From Candidatus Krumholzibacteriia bacterium (GTDB lineage: Bacteria; Krumholzibacteriota; Krumholzibacteriia; LZORAL124-64-63): a stretch of DNA of 64,000 bases. A program made the position numbers and the translations under genes. This document shows, piece by piece, positions 1 to 9,388 of the stretch; positions within the stretch are counted from its first letter, which is position 1, and the number at the start of each line of letters is the position of its first letter. Where the stretch lies: the NCBI GenBank assembly GCA_963825035.1, contig CAWGRT010000022.1, forward strand, positions 196,117 to 260,116. Direction: 5' to 3'. The notes under the pieces are model-generated. The model searched no databases, was not told where the DNA came from, and saw only the letters and a list, made by a program, of their open reading frames with translations.

Positions 1-521
1 CGGACGCCACCGCGCGCGGGGACAGCCTGGTCGCCCATCATCCTCGCGACGCCGAGGACAACCACGTGGTCGCCGCGGTCTACAGCAACCTGGGCGGCGT
101 CGAGATGCTCCGCGGGCAGTACGCCGCCTCGGCTGCGGCCTACCACCACGAATTGGCGACCCGCGAGTCGCTGGTGATGGACCATCCGGCGGTGGTCGAC
201 TACCGGCTCAAGCTGGCCAGCTCCTACACCAATCTCGGCGAGCTCGAGGCCCGGCGTGAGCAGCCGGCCGCGGCCCTCCCCTGGTTCGACAAGGCCGACG
301 AGACCTTGGCCTGGGTCCTGGCCCGCGAGCCCCGCAATCCCACGGCGCGCTACTTCCGCAGCTACACCTGCGCCTGGCACGCCCGCGCCCTGGACGCCCT
401 GGGCCGCCACGGCGATGCCATCGACCGCTGGGAGGCGGCGATCCGCTTCGACGACAACGGCGACACCACCCTGGTCGAGGGCCGCGACCGGTCGCGGCAG
501 CTGGCAAGCGCCGGGCGCTGA
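1..521 (+). CDS. TPR-repeat protein, C-terminal part (5' end outside the window)
   Basis: Frame 3 is open from base 3 to TGA at 519-521. The tail has repeated TPR-like helix pairs (YSNLG..., YTNLGELE...). Confidence 0.6.
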   Translation, partial: DATARGDSLVAHHPRDAEDNHVVAAVYSNLGGVEMLRGQYAASAAAYHHELATRESLVMDHPAVVDYRLKLASSYTNLGELEARREQPAAALPWFDKADETLAWVLAREPRNPTARYFRSYTCAWHARALDALGRHGDAIDRWEAAIRFDDNGDTTLVEGRDRSRQLASAGR

Positions 522-596
522 CCGGGACCCGATCGCCGCGCGCGGCCGAAGACGTGGTAGGATCGCCACGACTGCCGGACGCAAGGGGGACCGACC

Positions 597-1886
597 GTGA
601 CGAAGAACCCGGATACCAGAGCATATGAAGAGGAAATCCGCCGGCTGCGCCGCGCCGTGGAGGAGCTGGCGGTCCTGAACGAACTGGCCCAGGCCATCGC
701 CGCCGCCGCGGACGAGGAGGAGGCGATGCACGTGGTGGTCCACCGGGCCGTGCGCGCCGTGCGGGCCGAGGAGGCCATGATCCACCCGGTCCGGCCCGAG
801 GACCGGGTCACCGAGGGCACCCTCGTGAAGACCAACATCGGGCGCCGGGGCCGCCACTTCACCCTGGGCGGGGCCATCACCGGCATGATCGAGGCCCTGC
901 GCCGCCCCGTGGTGATGGACGACCCCCACCACGACGAGCGCCTGGCCCTGGCCCGGGCCAACCTCGACCCGGACCTGCGGAACCTGGTTTGCGTGCCGCT
1001 GATCGTGGGTGACGGCCTGATCGGCGTGCTGACCGTGTGCAACAAGCAGGGCGACGGCGGCTTCGACGACGACGACGTGCGGCTGCTGGCGATCATGGCG
1101 GGGCAGTCGGCCCAGGTGCTGGCCCGGTTGCGCGCCCGGGAGACGACGGGGGTCATCCTCGCCGGCCTGCTGATGGCGGCGGACATCCAGCGGGGGCTGC
1201 TGCCGGCCTCTTCGCCGGTGATCCCTGGCTACGACATCACGGGCGCGACGCGCCCGGCCTGGGACGTGGGCGGCGACTACTACGACTACATCGCCCTCGC
1301 CGAAGGCCGGTGGGGCCTGGCCCTGGGCGACGTCTCGGGCAAGGGCATCCCCGCGGCCCTGCTCATGGCCAACCTGCAGGCCACCCTCCGCGGCGTCGCC
1401 CTGCAGGGCCTGCCCTGCCACGACGGCATGGCCTGGTGCAACCGGCTGCTGCACCGCTCGACCGCGGCCGACCGCTTCGCCACCCTTTTCTTCTGCGTGC
1501 TGGACCCGGCCCTCCACCGCCTGTGCTACTGCAACGCCGGCCACGAACACCCGCTGATCCTGGCGCCGGACGGCGGCGTGCGCGCGCGGCTCGAGACGGG
1601 GGGCATCCCCGCGGGCATGCTCGGGGAGTTCCGCTACGAGGCCGGCGAAGCCGAGTTGGCGCCCGGCGAGCTGCTCCTGATCTACAGCGACGGGATCACG
1701 GACATGGAGAACGGCGCCGAGGAGCCTTTCGGCGTGGAGCGGCTGCTGGCCGTGGTGCGCCGCCACCGGGAGGCGGACAGCGCCCTGATCGCCGAGACGG
1801 TGCTGGCGGAGGTGCGCCGCCACGCGGGGGGCGAACCGCCCACGGACGACGCGACGCTGCTGGTCGTCAAGCGCGATCCCGCCTAG
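597..1886 (+). CDS. GAF domain-containing PP2C-type (SpoIIE/RsbU-like) serine phosphatase
   Basis: 429 aa ORF with a GTG start. An N-terminal GAF-like region is followed by PP2C/SpoIIE motifs (GGDYYDY, GDVSGKGIPAALLMA, YSDGITD, DDATLLVV). Confidence 0.9.
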   Translation: MTKNPDTRAYEEEIRRLRRAVEELAVLNELAQAIAAAADEEEAMHVVVHRAVRAVRAEEAMIHPVRPEDRVTEGTLVKTNIGRRGRHFTLGGAITGMIEALRRPVVMDDPHHDERLALARANLDPDLRNLVCVPLIVGDGLIGVLTVCNKQGDGGFDDDDVRLLAIMAGQSAQVLARLRARETTGVILAGLLMAADIQRGLLPASSPVIPGYDITGATRPAWDVGGDYYDYIALAEGRWGLALGDVSGKGIPAALLMANLQATLRGVALQGLPCHDGMAWCNRLLHRSTAADRFATLFFCVLDPALHRLCYCNAGHEHPLILAPDGGVRARLETGGIPAGMLGEFRYEAGEAELAPGELLLIYSDGITDMENGAEEPFGVERLLAVVRRHREADSALIAETVLAEVRRHAGGEPPTDDATLLVVKRDPA

Positions 1887-1908
1887 GACGCCGGCCGCCA
1901 CCCGCCGG

Positions 1909-3291
1909 TCACGACGACGGCGCCGCCTTCTTCTCCAGCACCAGCTTGCCGAACGTCCCCGCCGTCGCCAGCGGTGCGCCCGCCAGGTCCTGCAGCTCCG
2001 GGACGTGTTCCGGCCGGGTCAGCACCAGGCCCCCCTCGTCCAGCACCCGTCGCAGGGCGTCCCGGTCGTCGGGCGCCGGCGTCCCCGGCGGGAACGGCGC
2101 CCGCGGCACGCTGGGCACCGCGCCGTGGTGGTAGAAGACCAGGGCGCTGGGCGCTTCGTGGAACGCGGCCAAGGGCACCCGGGCCGACGCCACCGCCCGC
2201 ATGGCCGCCCGCGTCGGCGGGGCCAGGTGGAAGCCGCCGATGACGAAGGGCACCGCCAGCACCACCGCCGCCCAGCCGCCCGTCCGCCAGGCGAGGCCGC
2301 GGCCGGTCCGTTCCGGCAGGCCGCCCACCGCCAGCAGGGCCAGGGGCGTGACCATGGGCAGCAGGTAGTTGGGCCGCTTCGAATGGGCCACGGAGAAGAC
2401 CACCAGCGGCACCAGCACCCACACCAGCCACAGGCGGCGCCAGCGGGGCTCGACGGTGCCCCGGCGCAGCCCCCGTCCCAGCTCCGGCAACCACGGCAGC
2501 ATCAGCAGGGGCAGCTGGGGCAGGAAGTACCACCAGGGCTCGGTGCGTCCGTGGGTCGAGGCCATGACCCGGTCGGCCGTCTCGCTCCTGAGCCAGTAGT
2601 CCATCAGTTCGGGGTGCCGGTGCAGGGCGGCGGCGAACCAGGGCGCGGCCAGGCCCAGGAAGACCAGCAGGGTCACCGGGTGGACCACCAGCGCGGGCCG
2701 CGTCCAGGATACGCCGCGCACGGCGGCCCAGGCCACCGCGGGAATCACCACCCAGAACAGCACCATGTGCCCCTTGGCCATGAAGCCCAGGGCCAGGCCC
2801 AGGCCCAGGATGGCCGCGCGCACCGTCCGCGGCTTCGCCTGGTCCAGAAGCCCCGTATAGGCCAGCAGGATGCCCGTCCACAGGAAGATGTCCCCGGTGG
2901 TCATGCGCCCCTGCACCGTGGCCAGGGGCGCCAGCAGCGCCAGCAGTCCCGCCCAGCGGGCGCGCCGGCGGTCGTAGCCCGCGATCAGGGCCAGGGCCCG
3001 GGTCAGGAAGGCGCAGGCCAGCAGCGCCAGGGTGGCGGGCAGGCGCACCGCCCACGCGCGATCGGGCAGGGCCTCCAGGGCCGCGGCGCCGGCCCAGTAG
3101 GCCAGCGGCGGCTTGCTGAACAGGGGATCGCCGTTGAGGGTGGGCTCGATCCAGCTGCCCCCGTGGGCCATGTCCCAGGCGATGGAGGCGTAACGGCCCT
3201 CGGTGCTCTCCAGCAGGGGGTAGGCGCCCAGGCCGATCAGCCAGAGCATCGCCGCGGCGCCGATCAGCAGCCGCAGGCGGCCGGCGGTCAA
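1909..3291 (-). CDS. ArnT/PMT-like family 39 glycosyltransferase (polytopic membrane protein)
   Basis: Multi-TM protein with GT39-like N-terminal motifs (STEGRYASIAWDM...FSKPPLAYW). The listed 640 aa ORF is over-extended into the upstream gene. A TTG at 3291 overlaps the upstream stop as TTGA; an alternative ATG lies at 3249. Confidence 0.8.
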   Translation of the reverse strand: MTAGRLRLLIGAAAMLWLIGLGAYPLLESTEGRYASIAWDMAHGGSWIEPTLNGDPLFSKPPLAYWAGAAALEALPDRAWAVRLPATLALLACAFLTRALALIAGYDRRRARWAGLLALLAPLATVQGRMTTGDIFLWTGILLAYTGLLDQAKPRTVRAAILGLGLALGFMAKGHMVLFWVVIPAVAWAAVRGVSWTRPALVVHPVTLLVFLGLAAPWFAAALHRHPELMDYWLRSETADRVMASTHGRTEPWWYFLPQLPLLMLPWLPELGRGLRRGTVEPRWRRLWLVWVLVPLVVFSVAHSKRPNYLLPMVTPLALLAVGGLPERTGRGLAWRTGGWAAVVLAVPFVIGGFHLAPPTRAAMRAVASARVPLAAFHEAPSALVFYHHGAVPSVPRAPFPPGTPAPDDRDALRRVLDEGGLVLTRPEHVPELQDLAGAPLATAGTFGKLVLEKKAAPSS

Positions 3292-4082
3292 GCGCCGCCC
3301 CGGCGGGGGAAGGCGCCGCCCAACGCGTCCCGCAGGATGCCCTTGACCTCTTCGCTGAAGTCCTTGTTCAGCATCCACTCCAGGTAGCCGCGGCCACCGG
3401 CGTCGGCCAACGTCTCCTGCAGGCTGCGGCCGTTGTACTTGCCGAAGGTGAAGACGGCCTCGCCCTTGTCGTTCCAGACGAACTTGCGGGTGCGATCCAC
3501 GAAGCGGCCCTCGTCCGGGTTGCAGAAGCGGTGCAGGGCGTCCAGGTCCCGGGGCAATTCGGGGTAGCGCCCCACCTGGGCGTCCAGCACCTCGAGGGTG
3601 GCGGTGACGTCCGCCAGGGCATCGTGGGCGCCCTCCAGGGCCTTGTCGCAGTAGAAGCGGTAGGCGGCGGTCAGGTCGCGCCGCTCCATCTGGTGGAAGA
3701 TGCTCATGGCGTCCAGGTGGCGCACGCCGTCGAAGGTGAGGGTGCTGCCGGCCCGGCGCAGCTCGGCCTGCAGCAGCGGCAGGTCGAAGCGCACCGAGTT
3801 GTAGCCCGCCAGGTCGGCGCCGCCCAGCCACTGCTCCACGTCGGCCCGCAGCTGGGCGAAGGTGGGCTGGTCGCGCACGTGCTCGTCACGGATGCCGTGC
3901 ACCGCGGTGGCCTCGGGCGGGATGGGCCGCTCCGGGTTCACCAGCTGGTTCCAGGTGCGCCGGTTGCCGTCGGGTTCGACGCGGATCAGGCCGATCTGCA
4001 CGATGCGGTCCTTGTCCACGTCGACGCCGGTGGTCTCCAGGTCGAAGGCGACCAGGGGGCGGTCCAGATCGAGATGCTGCAT
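3288..4082 (-). CDS. DEDDh 3'-5' exonuclease (DnaQ/epsilon-like) with C-terminal extension
   Basis: ExoI-III motifs are present (FDLETTG, YNSVRFDLPLL, HDALADV). The ATG at 4082 is preferred, with AAGG about 11 nt upstream. Confidence 0.85.
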   Translation of the reverse strand: MQHLDLDRPLVAFDLETTGVDVDKDRIVQIGLIRVEPDGNRRTWNQLVNPERPIPPEATAVHGIRDEHVRDQPTFAQLRADVEQWLGGADLAGYNSVRFDLPLLQAELRRAGSTLTFDGVRHLDAMSIFHQMERRDLTAAYRFYCDKALEGAHDALADVTATLEVLDAQVGRYPELPRDLDALHRFCNPDEGRFVDRTRKFVWNDKGEAVFTFGKYNGRSLQETLADAGGRGYLEWMLNKDFSEEVKGILRDALGGAFPRRGGA

Positions 4083-4169
4083 GGCGAAAAGACCTTTCGT
4101 CGGAAACACGCCCGACATTATGCGCCCTGGCGGCCGCCGCGGCAACGCCGGGCGGGACGCCGGCGGCGG

Positions 4170-5561
4170 TCAGCCGCGCCGCCCGCCCCGCGCGCGGCCG
4201 TCGGTCCGCGGCAGGGTCAGGCCCAGCCGCCGCACCCGGCGCAGCAGGGTGGTCTTGTGGATGCCCATCTCCCGTGCCGCCGCCTGGCGGTTGCCGTGGT
4301 GGCGCGTCACCACGTCCAGGATGTAGCGGGCCTCGTAGTCCCGCAGGGTGGGTGCGGGCGACAGCCCCCCGGCCCCGCCCGGATCCCGGAAGTGGGCCGG
4401 CAGATCGTCGGGGCCGACCTCCGTCCCGGCGCACAACACGAAGGCGTGCTCCATCACGTTCTCCAGCTCGCGGATGTTGCCGGGGTAGTCGTGGACCATC
4501 AACAGGTCCAGGGCCTCCCGGTCGATCCCCGTCACCGGCTTGCCCCGCCGCCGCGACAGCTGCGCCAGGAACCGCTGGGCCAGCAGGGGGATGTCGCGCC
4601 GCCGCTCCCGCAGCGGCGGCAGCTCCAGGCTGAGCACGTTGATGCGGTAGTAGAGATCGCGGCGGAAGCGGCCGGCCTCCACCAGCCGCGCCAGGTCCTG
4701 GTTGGTGGCGGCCACCACGCGCACGTCGGCACGCACGGGACGGTTGTCGCCCAGCCGCTCGTACACGCGATCCTGCAGGAAGCGCAGCAGCTTCACCTGC
4801 ATGCCCGGGGACATGTCGCCGATCTCGTCCAGGAACAGGGTCCCACCCTCGGCCGCGGCGATGCGGCCCTGCCGGTCGTGGGCGGCGCCGGTGAAGGCGC
4901 CGGCCCGGTAACCGAAGAGCTCCGACTCCAGCAGGGTCTCGGGCAGGGCGCCGCAGCTGACGGTCACCAGCGGCCGTTCGCGGCGGGGGCTGAGGTTGTG
5001 CACCGCCCGCACGATCAGGCTCTTGCCGGTGCCCGTTTCGCCCCGCACCAGGATGGTGCTCTCGCTGCGGGCCACGGTGGGCAGGACCTCGAAGACGCGC
5101 TTCATGTGGGGATCGTCCGAGACGATCTCCGCGAAGGGATGATGCTGCTCCAGGTCCCGCAGCAGGTCCCGGACCCAGGTCAGGTTGCGGAAGGTCTCCA
5201 CGCAGCCCACCACCCGGCCGCGCCGGTCCTTCAGCACCGAACTGGAGAGGGTCGCCGGCACCCGGTGTCCGTGGGCATCCAGCAGGTCGACGGGCTGGTT
5301 CACCACCGGCGCGCCGGTCTCCAGGGCACAGGTCATGGCGCAGCATTCCCGGCAGATGTCGGCGCGGATCACCTCGTGGCAAGGTCGGCCCAGGGCCGCT
5401 GCGCGGTCGATGCCCAGGGTCAGCGCCGCCGCCCGGTTCAGGGCGATGATCCGCCGGTCGGCGTCCACGGCGAACACGCCGTCGGAGGTGCTGTCGAAGA
5501 GGAGTTCGCTCAGCCCCGGCGGCAGGGATGGGGCGGGGGTGTCGGGCCGGGCCGGGGTCAT
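4170..5561 (-). CDS. Sigma-54-dependent transcriptional activator (PAS - AAA+ - Fis-type HTH)
   Basis: Walker A GETGTGKS and the GAFTGA loop (YRAGAFTGA) are present, with a C-terminal HTH. The N-terminal PAS domain has a Cys cluster, [18 protein letters not shown]. Confidence 0.92.
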   Translation of the reverse strand: MTPARPDTPAPSLPPGLSELLFDSTSDGVFAVDADRRIIALNRAAALTLGIDRAAALGRPCHEVIRADICRECCAMTCALETGAPVVNQPVDLLDAHGHRVPATLSSSVLKDRRGRVVGCVETFRNLTWVRDLLRDLEQHHPFAEIVSDDPHMKRVFEVLPTVARSESTILVRGETGTGKSLIVRAVHNLSPRRERPLVTVSCGALPETLLESELFGYRAGAFTGAAHDRQGRIAAAEGGTLFLDEIGDMSPGMQVKLLRFLQDRVYERLGDNRPVRADVRVVAATNQDLARLVEAGRFRRDLYYRINVLSLELPPLRERRRDIPLLAQRFLAQLSRRRGKPVTGIDREALDLLMVHDYPGNIRELENVMEHAFVLCAGTEVGPDDLPAHFRDPGGAGGLSPAPTLRDYEARYILDVVTRHHGNRQAAAREMGIHKTTLLRRVRRLGLTLPRTDGRARGGRRG

Positions 5562-5749
5562 GGCGCCAACCTCCGGGTACGGGTCATGGGCCTGACGCCG
5601 AACGGCGCCGCGGCAAACGTAGCACTAACGCCCCGATACCTCCAGCAAATGGTGCGTTTTCGCTACGGCCCCTGACGCCGCCGCCCGACAGCCACTACGC
5701 AACACACTATAAGTCAACGTGTTAGCGGCATCCCGAGCCGCGCGAAGCC

Positions 5750-5765
5750 TGGCCCCGTCCATGCA
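5750..5765 (+). promoter_or_regulatory. Candidate sigma-54 promoter (TGGCCC-N5-ATGCA)
   Basis: TGGCCCCGTCCATGCA has GG and GC at the canonical 12-nt register. It lies 109 nt upstream of the ATG at 5874 and is divergent from the sigma-54 activator gene. Confidence 0.4.
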
Positions 5766-5873
5766 GCCACATTCCCGGCGACAGGGCATCCCAACCCGCC
5801 CTGCCGACCGAGGCGACACGCCCTCGCTCGCGGGCCTCGCCGGGATCGAGCGCCCCAACCGGAAGGACGCGCC

Positions 5874-6383
5874 ATGACCGACTGCCTGTACCAGCTGCTG
5901 CTGGAATGCGAGAACGAGTTCGTCAACGACATCATGACCCACCTGCGCCAGTCGACCGCCAGCCACTACGTGGCCGAGGACTACGACCGGCTGCAGCGCC
6001 GGGTCCAGAAGCTGGTGGCCTACTTCGTCATGTCCATGCGCGAGCACCCCGACCGCTTCGTGGACTACGTGGCGGAGATGGCCCGCGAGCGCATCGCCGA
6101 AGGGTACACCCTGCAGGAGATCCTCCTGGCCCTGCGCCTGCTGGAAGAGAAGGCCTGGCGCCTGACCATCGAGAGCCTGGTCCAACCTGCGCTGGTGCCC
6201 GCCCTGTGCCGCGTGACCGGCACGGTGGGGGCGGCCAAGGACGGCCTGGCCGGCATCTACCTGGGCCACCTCGAGCAGACGGCCCAGGCCGCGCAGACGT
6301 GGCAGCGTCGCTGCCAGGAACTGGAATTGGCCCTGGCGGAGGCCGACAGCGCGGTGGCGCATCACACCGCCGACGCGTCCTGA
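5874..6383 (+). CDS. Helical sensor-like protein, RsbRD_N-like (uncertain)
   Basis: 169 aa ORF with good GC3 and GGAAGG 7 nt upstream of the ATG. It is all-helical and resembles the N-terminal non-haem globin-like domain of RsbR paralogs. The family assignment is from memory only. Confidence 0.5.
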   Translation: MTDCLYQLLLECENEFVNDIMTHLRQSTASHYVAEDYDRLQRRVQKLVAYFVMSMREHPDRFVDYVAEMARERIAEGYTLQEILLALRLLEEKAWRLTIESLVQPALVPALCRVTGTVGAAKDGLAGIYLGHLEQTAQAAQTWQRRCQELELALAEADSAVAHHTADAS

Positions 6384-6402
6384 ATCGCGGACGGCGGCGC
6401 CT

Positions 6403-9249
6403 TCAGCGCACCACGACGAACTTGCCCACGAAGTCGCCGAAGCGGTTGTCGTCCGACTGGACAGAGTACAGGTAGACCCCGCTGACGATCTCCTGGGCGT
6501 TGCGGCTCATCAGGTTCCAACTCGCGGCGCCCACGCCGCCGGTGCCGTCGTGCTGCAGCTCGCGCACCAGATCCCCCGCCACCGTGTAGATGCGGATGGT
6601 GTTGCGGGCCGCCGGCAGGTTGGCGAAGACCACGCGCACACCGGTCGGATCGTCGCCGACGGGGTCCATCTGCTGGAACTCGCGCAGGGCGTCGCGGGTG
6701 GCCGGGTTGGGGTAGACGTAGATGTTGGCGCCCCGGCGGGACCGCTCCTCGGCGGTCTGGGCCGCCGCCGCCGGCGTGCCCCAGGTGAAGGACGTGCCCG
6801 GGTTGCCCGCCAGCCCGGGCCCCTGGGGCGTCAGGGCATCGGGCGTGTCCGCCCCCGCGGGCAGCAGGTGGTCCGTGGCCGTCACCGCGTAGAAGTACAG
6901 GAACCCGTTGTGGACGTCCCGGTCCAGGTACTCGTAGTAGGTGGTGCTCCGCTTGGCCACCACGTCGGGATCGTCCGGATCGGCCGGCCGCGCGGCCACG
7001 GCGAAGAAGGTGTCCAGCACGTCCGGTTCGGTCTCCCAGGGCAGGAGCGACAGGTACGCCGGGTCGGGCCGGCCGTCGGAGTCCCGCAGCTGCGGACTCT
7101 CCCGCAACAGGCCGCGGGTGTCGGCGTCCACGATCGCCTGCATCGCCGCCTCCAGTCCGGCGTAGGCAGGATCGTCGAGCACCCGCGGCCGATACCGGAT
7201 CTCCTCCAGGCCGGTGTTGCGGCCCAGGGGCATGGTGTCCGTCACCGCGACGCCGCCGCGGACCGACGTGGTGACGTAGTCGTTCACCAGGTCGTATTCC
7301 GCGACCAGCTGCCAGAGATCGCTCTCGGGCCCGCCCTCCAGGGACGAGCCGAAGGGCCGCGCCCAATTGTCGGCCCGCCACACCCGGTAGGACTCGAAGT
7401 CGATCTTCTGCAGACGCACGTCCGGACTGTGCTCCGAGCGGTCGTCCCAGAACACGTGCATGGCCGCGTCCCGCGGCCACAGGCGCACCCCCGGCGGCGG
7501 CGGCGCCATGCCCACCAACCAGTGGATCTGGGTGTCGAGGCCGTTGATGCCGGTGCAGCCCACGGTGCTGGTGGCCGTGCTGTCGCCGCAGGTCCAGACG
7601 TGGTCGCGGAAGTCGGCGGTGGTGCACTCCCGGCCCACGGACCGCGCGCACTCGAAGCAGTTGTCCAGGTTGAACATGGCGCAGACCTTGCCGTCGTGGT
7701 TGAACAGGTCGTCGTCCTGCAGGCCCGGCTGGTTCAGGGCCCACAGGGGGTCGAGGCAGGTGGTGTCCATGTAGTCGGGGATGAAGGTGTTGAAGGGATT
7801 GTCGGGCCCGTCATCGCCGAAGTCCTCGCGGCAGAGCATGGTCTCGCGTCCCCGCTGGCCCGGGTCGAACACCCGCCCCGAGTACGTCGCCACCGACCCC
7901 AGGTCGTTGGCCCACGCCCCGTGCCAGGTGAGCCAGGCCTCCATGCAGTTGCCCAGCAGCCCCGTCATGGCTTCGGGGTCGCCCCGCCCGTGGCCGCAGA
8001 CCATCGCCACCTGGAACGTCAGGCTCTCGTCGGGTGCCAGACTCCTGAAGGGTCCCGCCGAGACCAGCATGCGGAAGTCCGCCGGCCGGTTGGCGTCGGC
8101 ATCCCAATCCTCGGGCGCGGCCGACATCAGCTGGTAGAGCTGCGCGTCGTTGGTCGGGTCTCCCCCCTGCTCGAAGGCCGCGTTGCCCTGGAAGCTCTGG
8201 AAGGTGCGCAGGCCCACGCTCTGGGGTGCCGTGCGGCCGGTGGGGTCGATGTCGTGGCCCAGAAAGAGGATGCCGAAGTAGTCGTCCACCCGCCCCGACT
8301 CGGCGGCGTCGTAGGTGTAGCCCACCTCGATCGGCACCCAGCCGCCGTCGGGTGAGCGCACCATGCCGCGGTAGGATCCCGTCAGGTCGTCGGTGTAGTA
8401 GCTGTTCTCGGAGCGGGGGCCCACGTCGCCGTCGGCGTAGATGCCGATGTAGACCTGCTCCAGCTCCACCACGCCCACGTTGGTGACCGTGTAGTCGAAA
8501 CCGATGAAGTCGTCGGCCTGGTCCGTGTCCCAGGCCACCGCCGTCTGCACCACCTTCAGGTTCATGGGGGTGTGGTCGGGGAAGCGCTCCTGGGCGTAGA
8601 GCGTGTTGTCGTACATGGTGCACACCATCATCTGGGTGCCGATCTGCCCGAAGTCCTCGTCGATGCGGCCGTCCCCGTCGTCGTCGTGGCCGTCGAGGAC
8701 CTCCTCGTCCACGCGGCCGTCGTCGTCGTCGTCTGGGTTGGGCATGGGCGCGCGGGCGCCGCCGGCGGCGGTGTTGCCGGGCGGCCGGATGATCTGCTGG
8801 TTGCGCGCCTCGTAAAGGGTGGCTTCCAGCTCGTCCCGGGGCCGCCACTCGCTGGCGAGGCCGCCCTGGGAGACCACCGTCTCGCCCAGCATGCGCGCCC
8901 CCACCAGCAGACGCGCGGTGTAGAGGTGCTCGATGCCGGAACCGGCCGGCCACTGGCAGGACGGTTTGTCGGCGTACGCGGCCGGGCTGCCGGGCGCCGA
9001 TCCGATGAGGCCCCAGTTGGTGAGGTGCATCTGCACCTGGCCCACGTTCATGATGTAGCTGCCGTCGGTGATGTGGATCCCCGCGCCGTGGTAGGCGCCT
9101 TCGTCCGGCGGCGGCTCCTGCCAGGCGCGGACGGGCGCGGCCGCGGCGGTGGCGAGCACGGCCAGGACGACGATGACGGCGCGGGAATCGGGAAGACGGG
9201 ACGACGGGCGGGCGGCGCGACGGCGCGGCCGGAACTGACCACGGACCAC
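6403..9249 (-). CDS. Large secreted protein with acidic Ca-binding-like repeat, Cys-rich region and FlgD-Ig/T9SS-type C-terminal domain
   Basis: GTG at 9249 is preceded by GAGGAAG and followed by a signal peptide (AVIVVLAVLATAAAAPVRA). It has an Asp-rich stretch (NPDDDDDGRVDEEVLDGHDDDGDGRIDEDF). The C-terminus (YVYPNP...GVYLYSVQ...) is typical of sorting domains. Confidence 0.85.
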   Translation of the reverse strand: MVRGQFRPRRRAARPSSRLPDSRAVIVVLAVLATAAAAPVRAWQEPPPDEGAYHGAGIHITDGSYIMNVGQVQMHLTNWGLIGSAPGSPAAYADKPSCQWPAGSGIEHLYTARLLVGARMLGETVVSQGGLASEWRPRDELEATLYEARNQQIIRPPGNTAAGGARAPMPNPDDDDDGRVDEEVLDGHDDDGDGRIDEDFGQIGTQMMVCTMYDNTLYAQERFPDHTPMNLKVVQTAVAWDTDQADDFIGFDYTVTNVGVVELEQVYIGIYADGDVGPRSENSYYTDDLTGSYRGMVRSPDGGWVPIEVGYTYDAAESGRVDDYFGILFLGHDIDPTGRTAPQSVGLRTFQSFQGNAAFEQGGDPTNDAQLYQLMSAAPEDWDADANRPADFRMLVSAGPFRSLAPDESLTFQVAMVCGHGRGDPEAMTGLLGNCMEAWLTWHGAWANDLGSVATYSGRVFDPGQRGRETMLCREDFGDDGPDNPFNTFIPDYMDTTCLDPLWALNQPGLQDDDLFNHDGKVCAMFNLDNCFECARSVGRECTTADFRDHVWTCGDSTATSTVGCTGINGLDTQIHWLVGMAPPPPGVRLWPRDAAMHVFWDDRSEHSPDVRLQKIDFESYRVWRADNWARPFGSSLEGGPESDLWQLVAEYDLVNDYVTTSVRGGVAVTDTMPLGRNTGLEEIRYRPRVLDDPAYAGLEAAMQAIVDADTRGLLRESPQLRDSDGRPDPAYLSLLPWETEPDVLDTFFAVAARPADPDDPDVVAKRSTTYYEYLDRDVHNGFLYFYAVTATDHLLPAGADTPDALTPQGPGLAGNPGTSFTWGTPAAAAQTAEERSRRGANIYVYPNPATRDALREFQQMDPVGDDPTGVRVVFANLPAARNTIRIYTVAGDLVRELQHDGTGGVGAASWNLMSRNAQEIVSGVYLYSVQSDDNRFGDFVGKFVVVR

Positions 9250-9388
9250 GGTGGACTTCCTCGGCGATGTGGGGTGTCCGGTCCTGGTCGCGTCGGATGA
9301 CGATACGGAGGGGCGGTGCACGGGGCAAGCGGGCCGCCGGACCCGTCAGGATCCGGCGGCCCGGAAGGCGCGGCGCGGACGGCGCCGG

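Noticed and set aside
3292-3831. N-terminal extension of the 640 aa glycosyltransferase ORF
   Set aside because: It overlaps the well-supported exonuclease gene in another frame and is Arg/Pro/Gly-rich. The membrane protein begins at 3291 or 3249.
5650-5664. TGGTGC-GTTTT-CGCT as a sigma-54 promoter
   Set aside because: The GG-to-GC spacing is one nucleotide too short and there is no TTGC. The element at 5750-5765 fits better.
3531-5675. 714 aa plus-strand ORF
   Set aside because: It is antisense to the exonuclease and sigma-54 activator genes, has no recognisable motifs and is a typical GC-rich shadow ORF. The same reasoning applies to 6550-8355, 9251-10831, 14246-16351, 25521-26117, 26243-28399, 39619-41955, 42602-45283, 50439-51935 and 58021-59503.
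9324-9341. cGGCGG-N5-TTGCc (minus strand) as a sigma-54 promoter for the 948 aa exoprotein
   Set aside because: The spacing is correct but the -24 element is poor. GG-N10-GC occurs often by chance in this GC-rich DNA, so it is kept only as a note.
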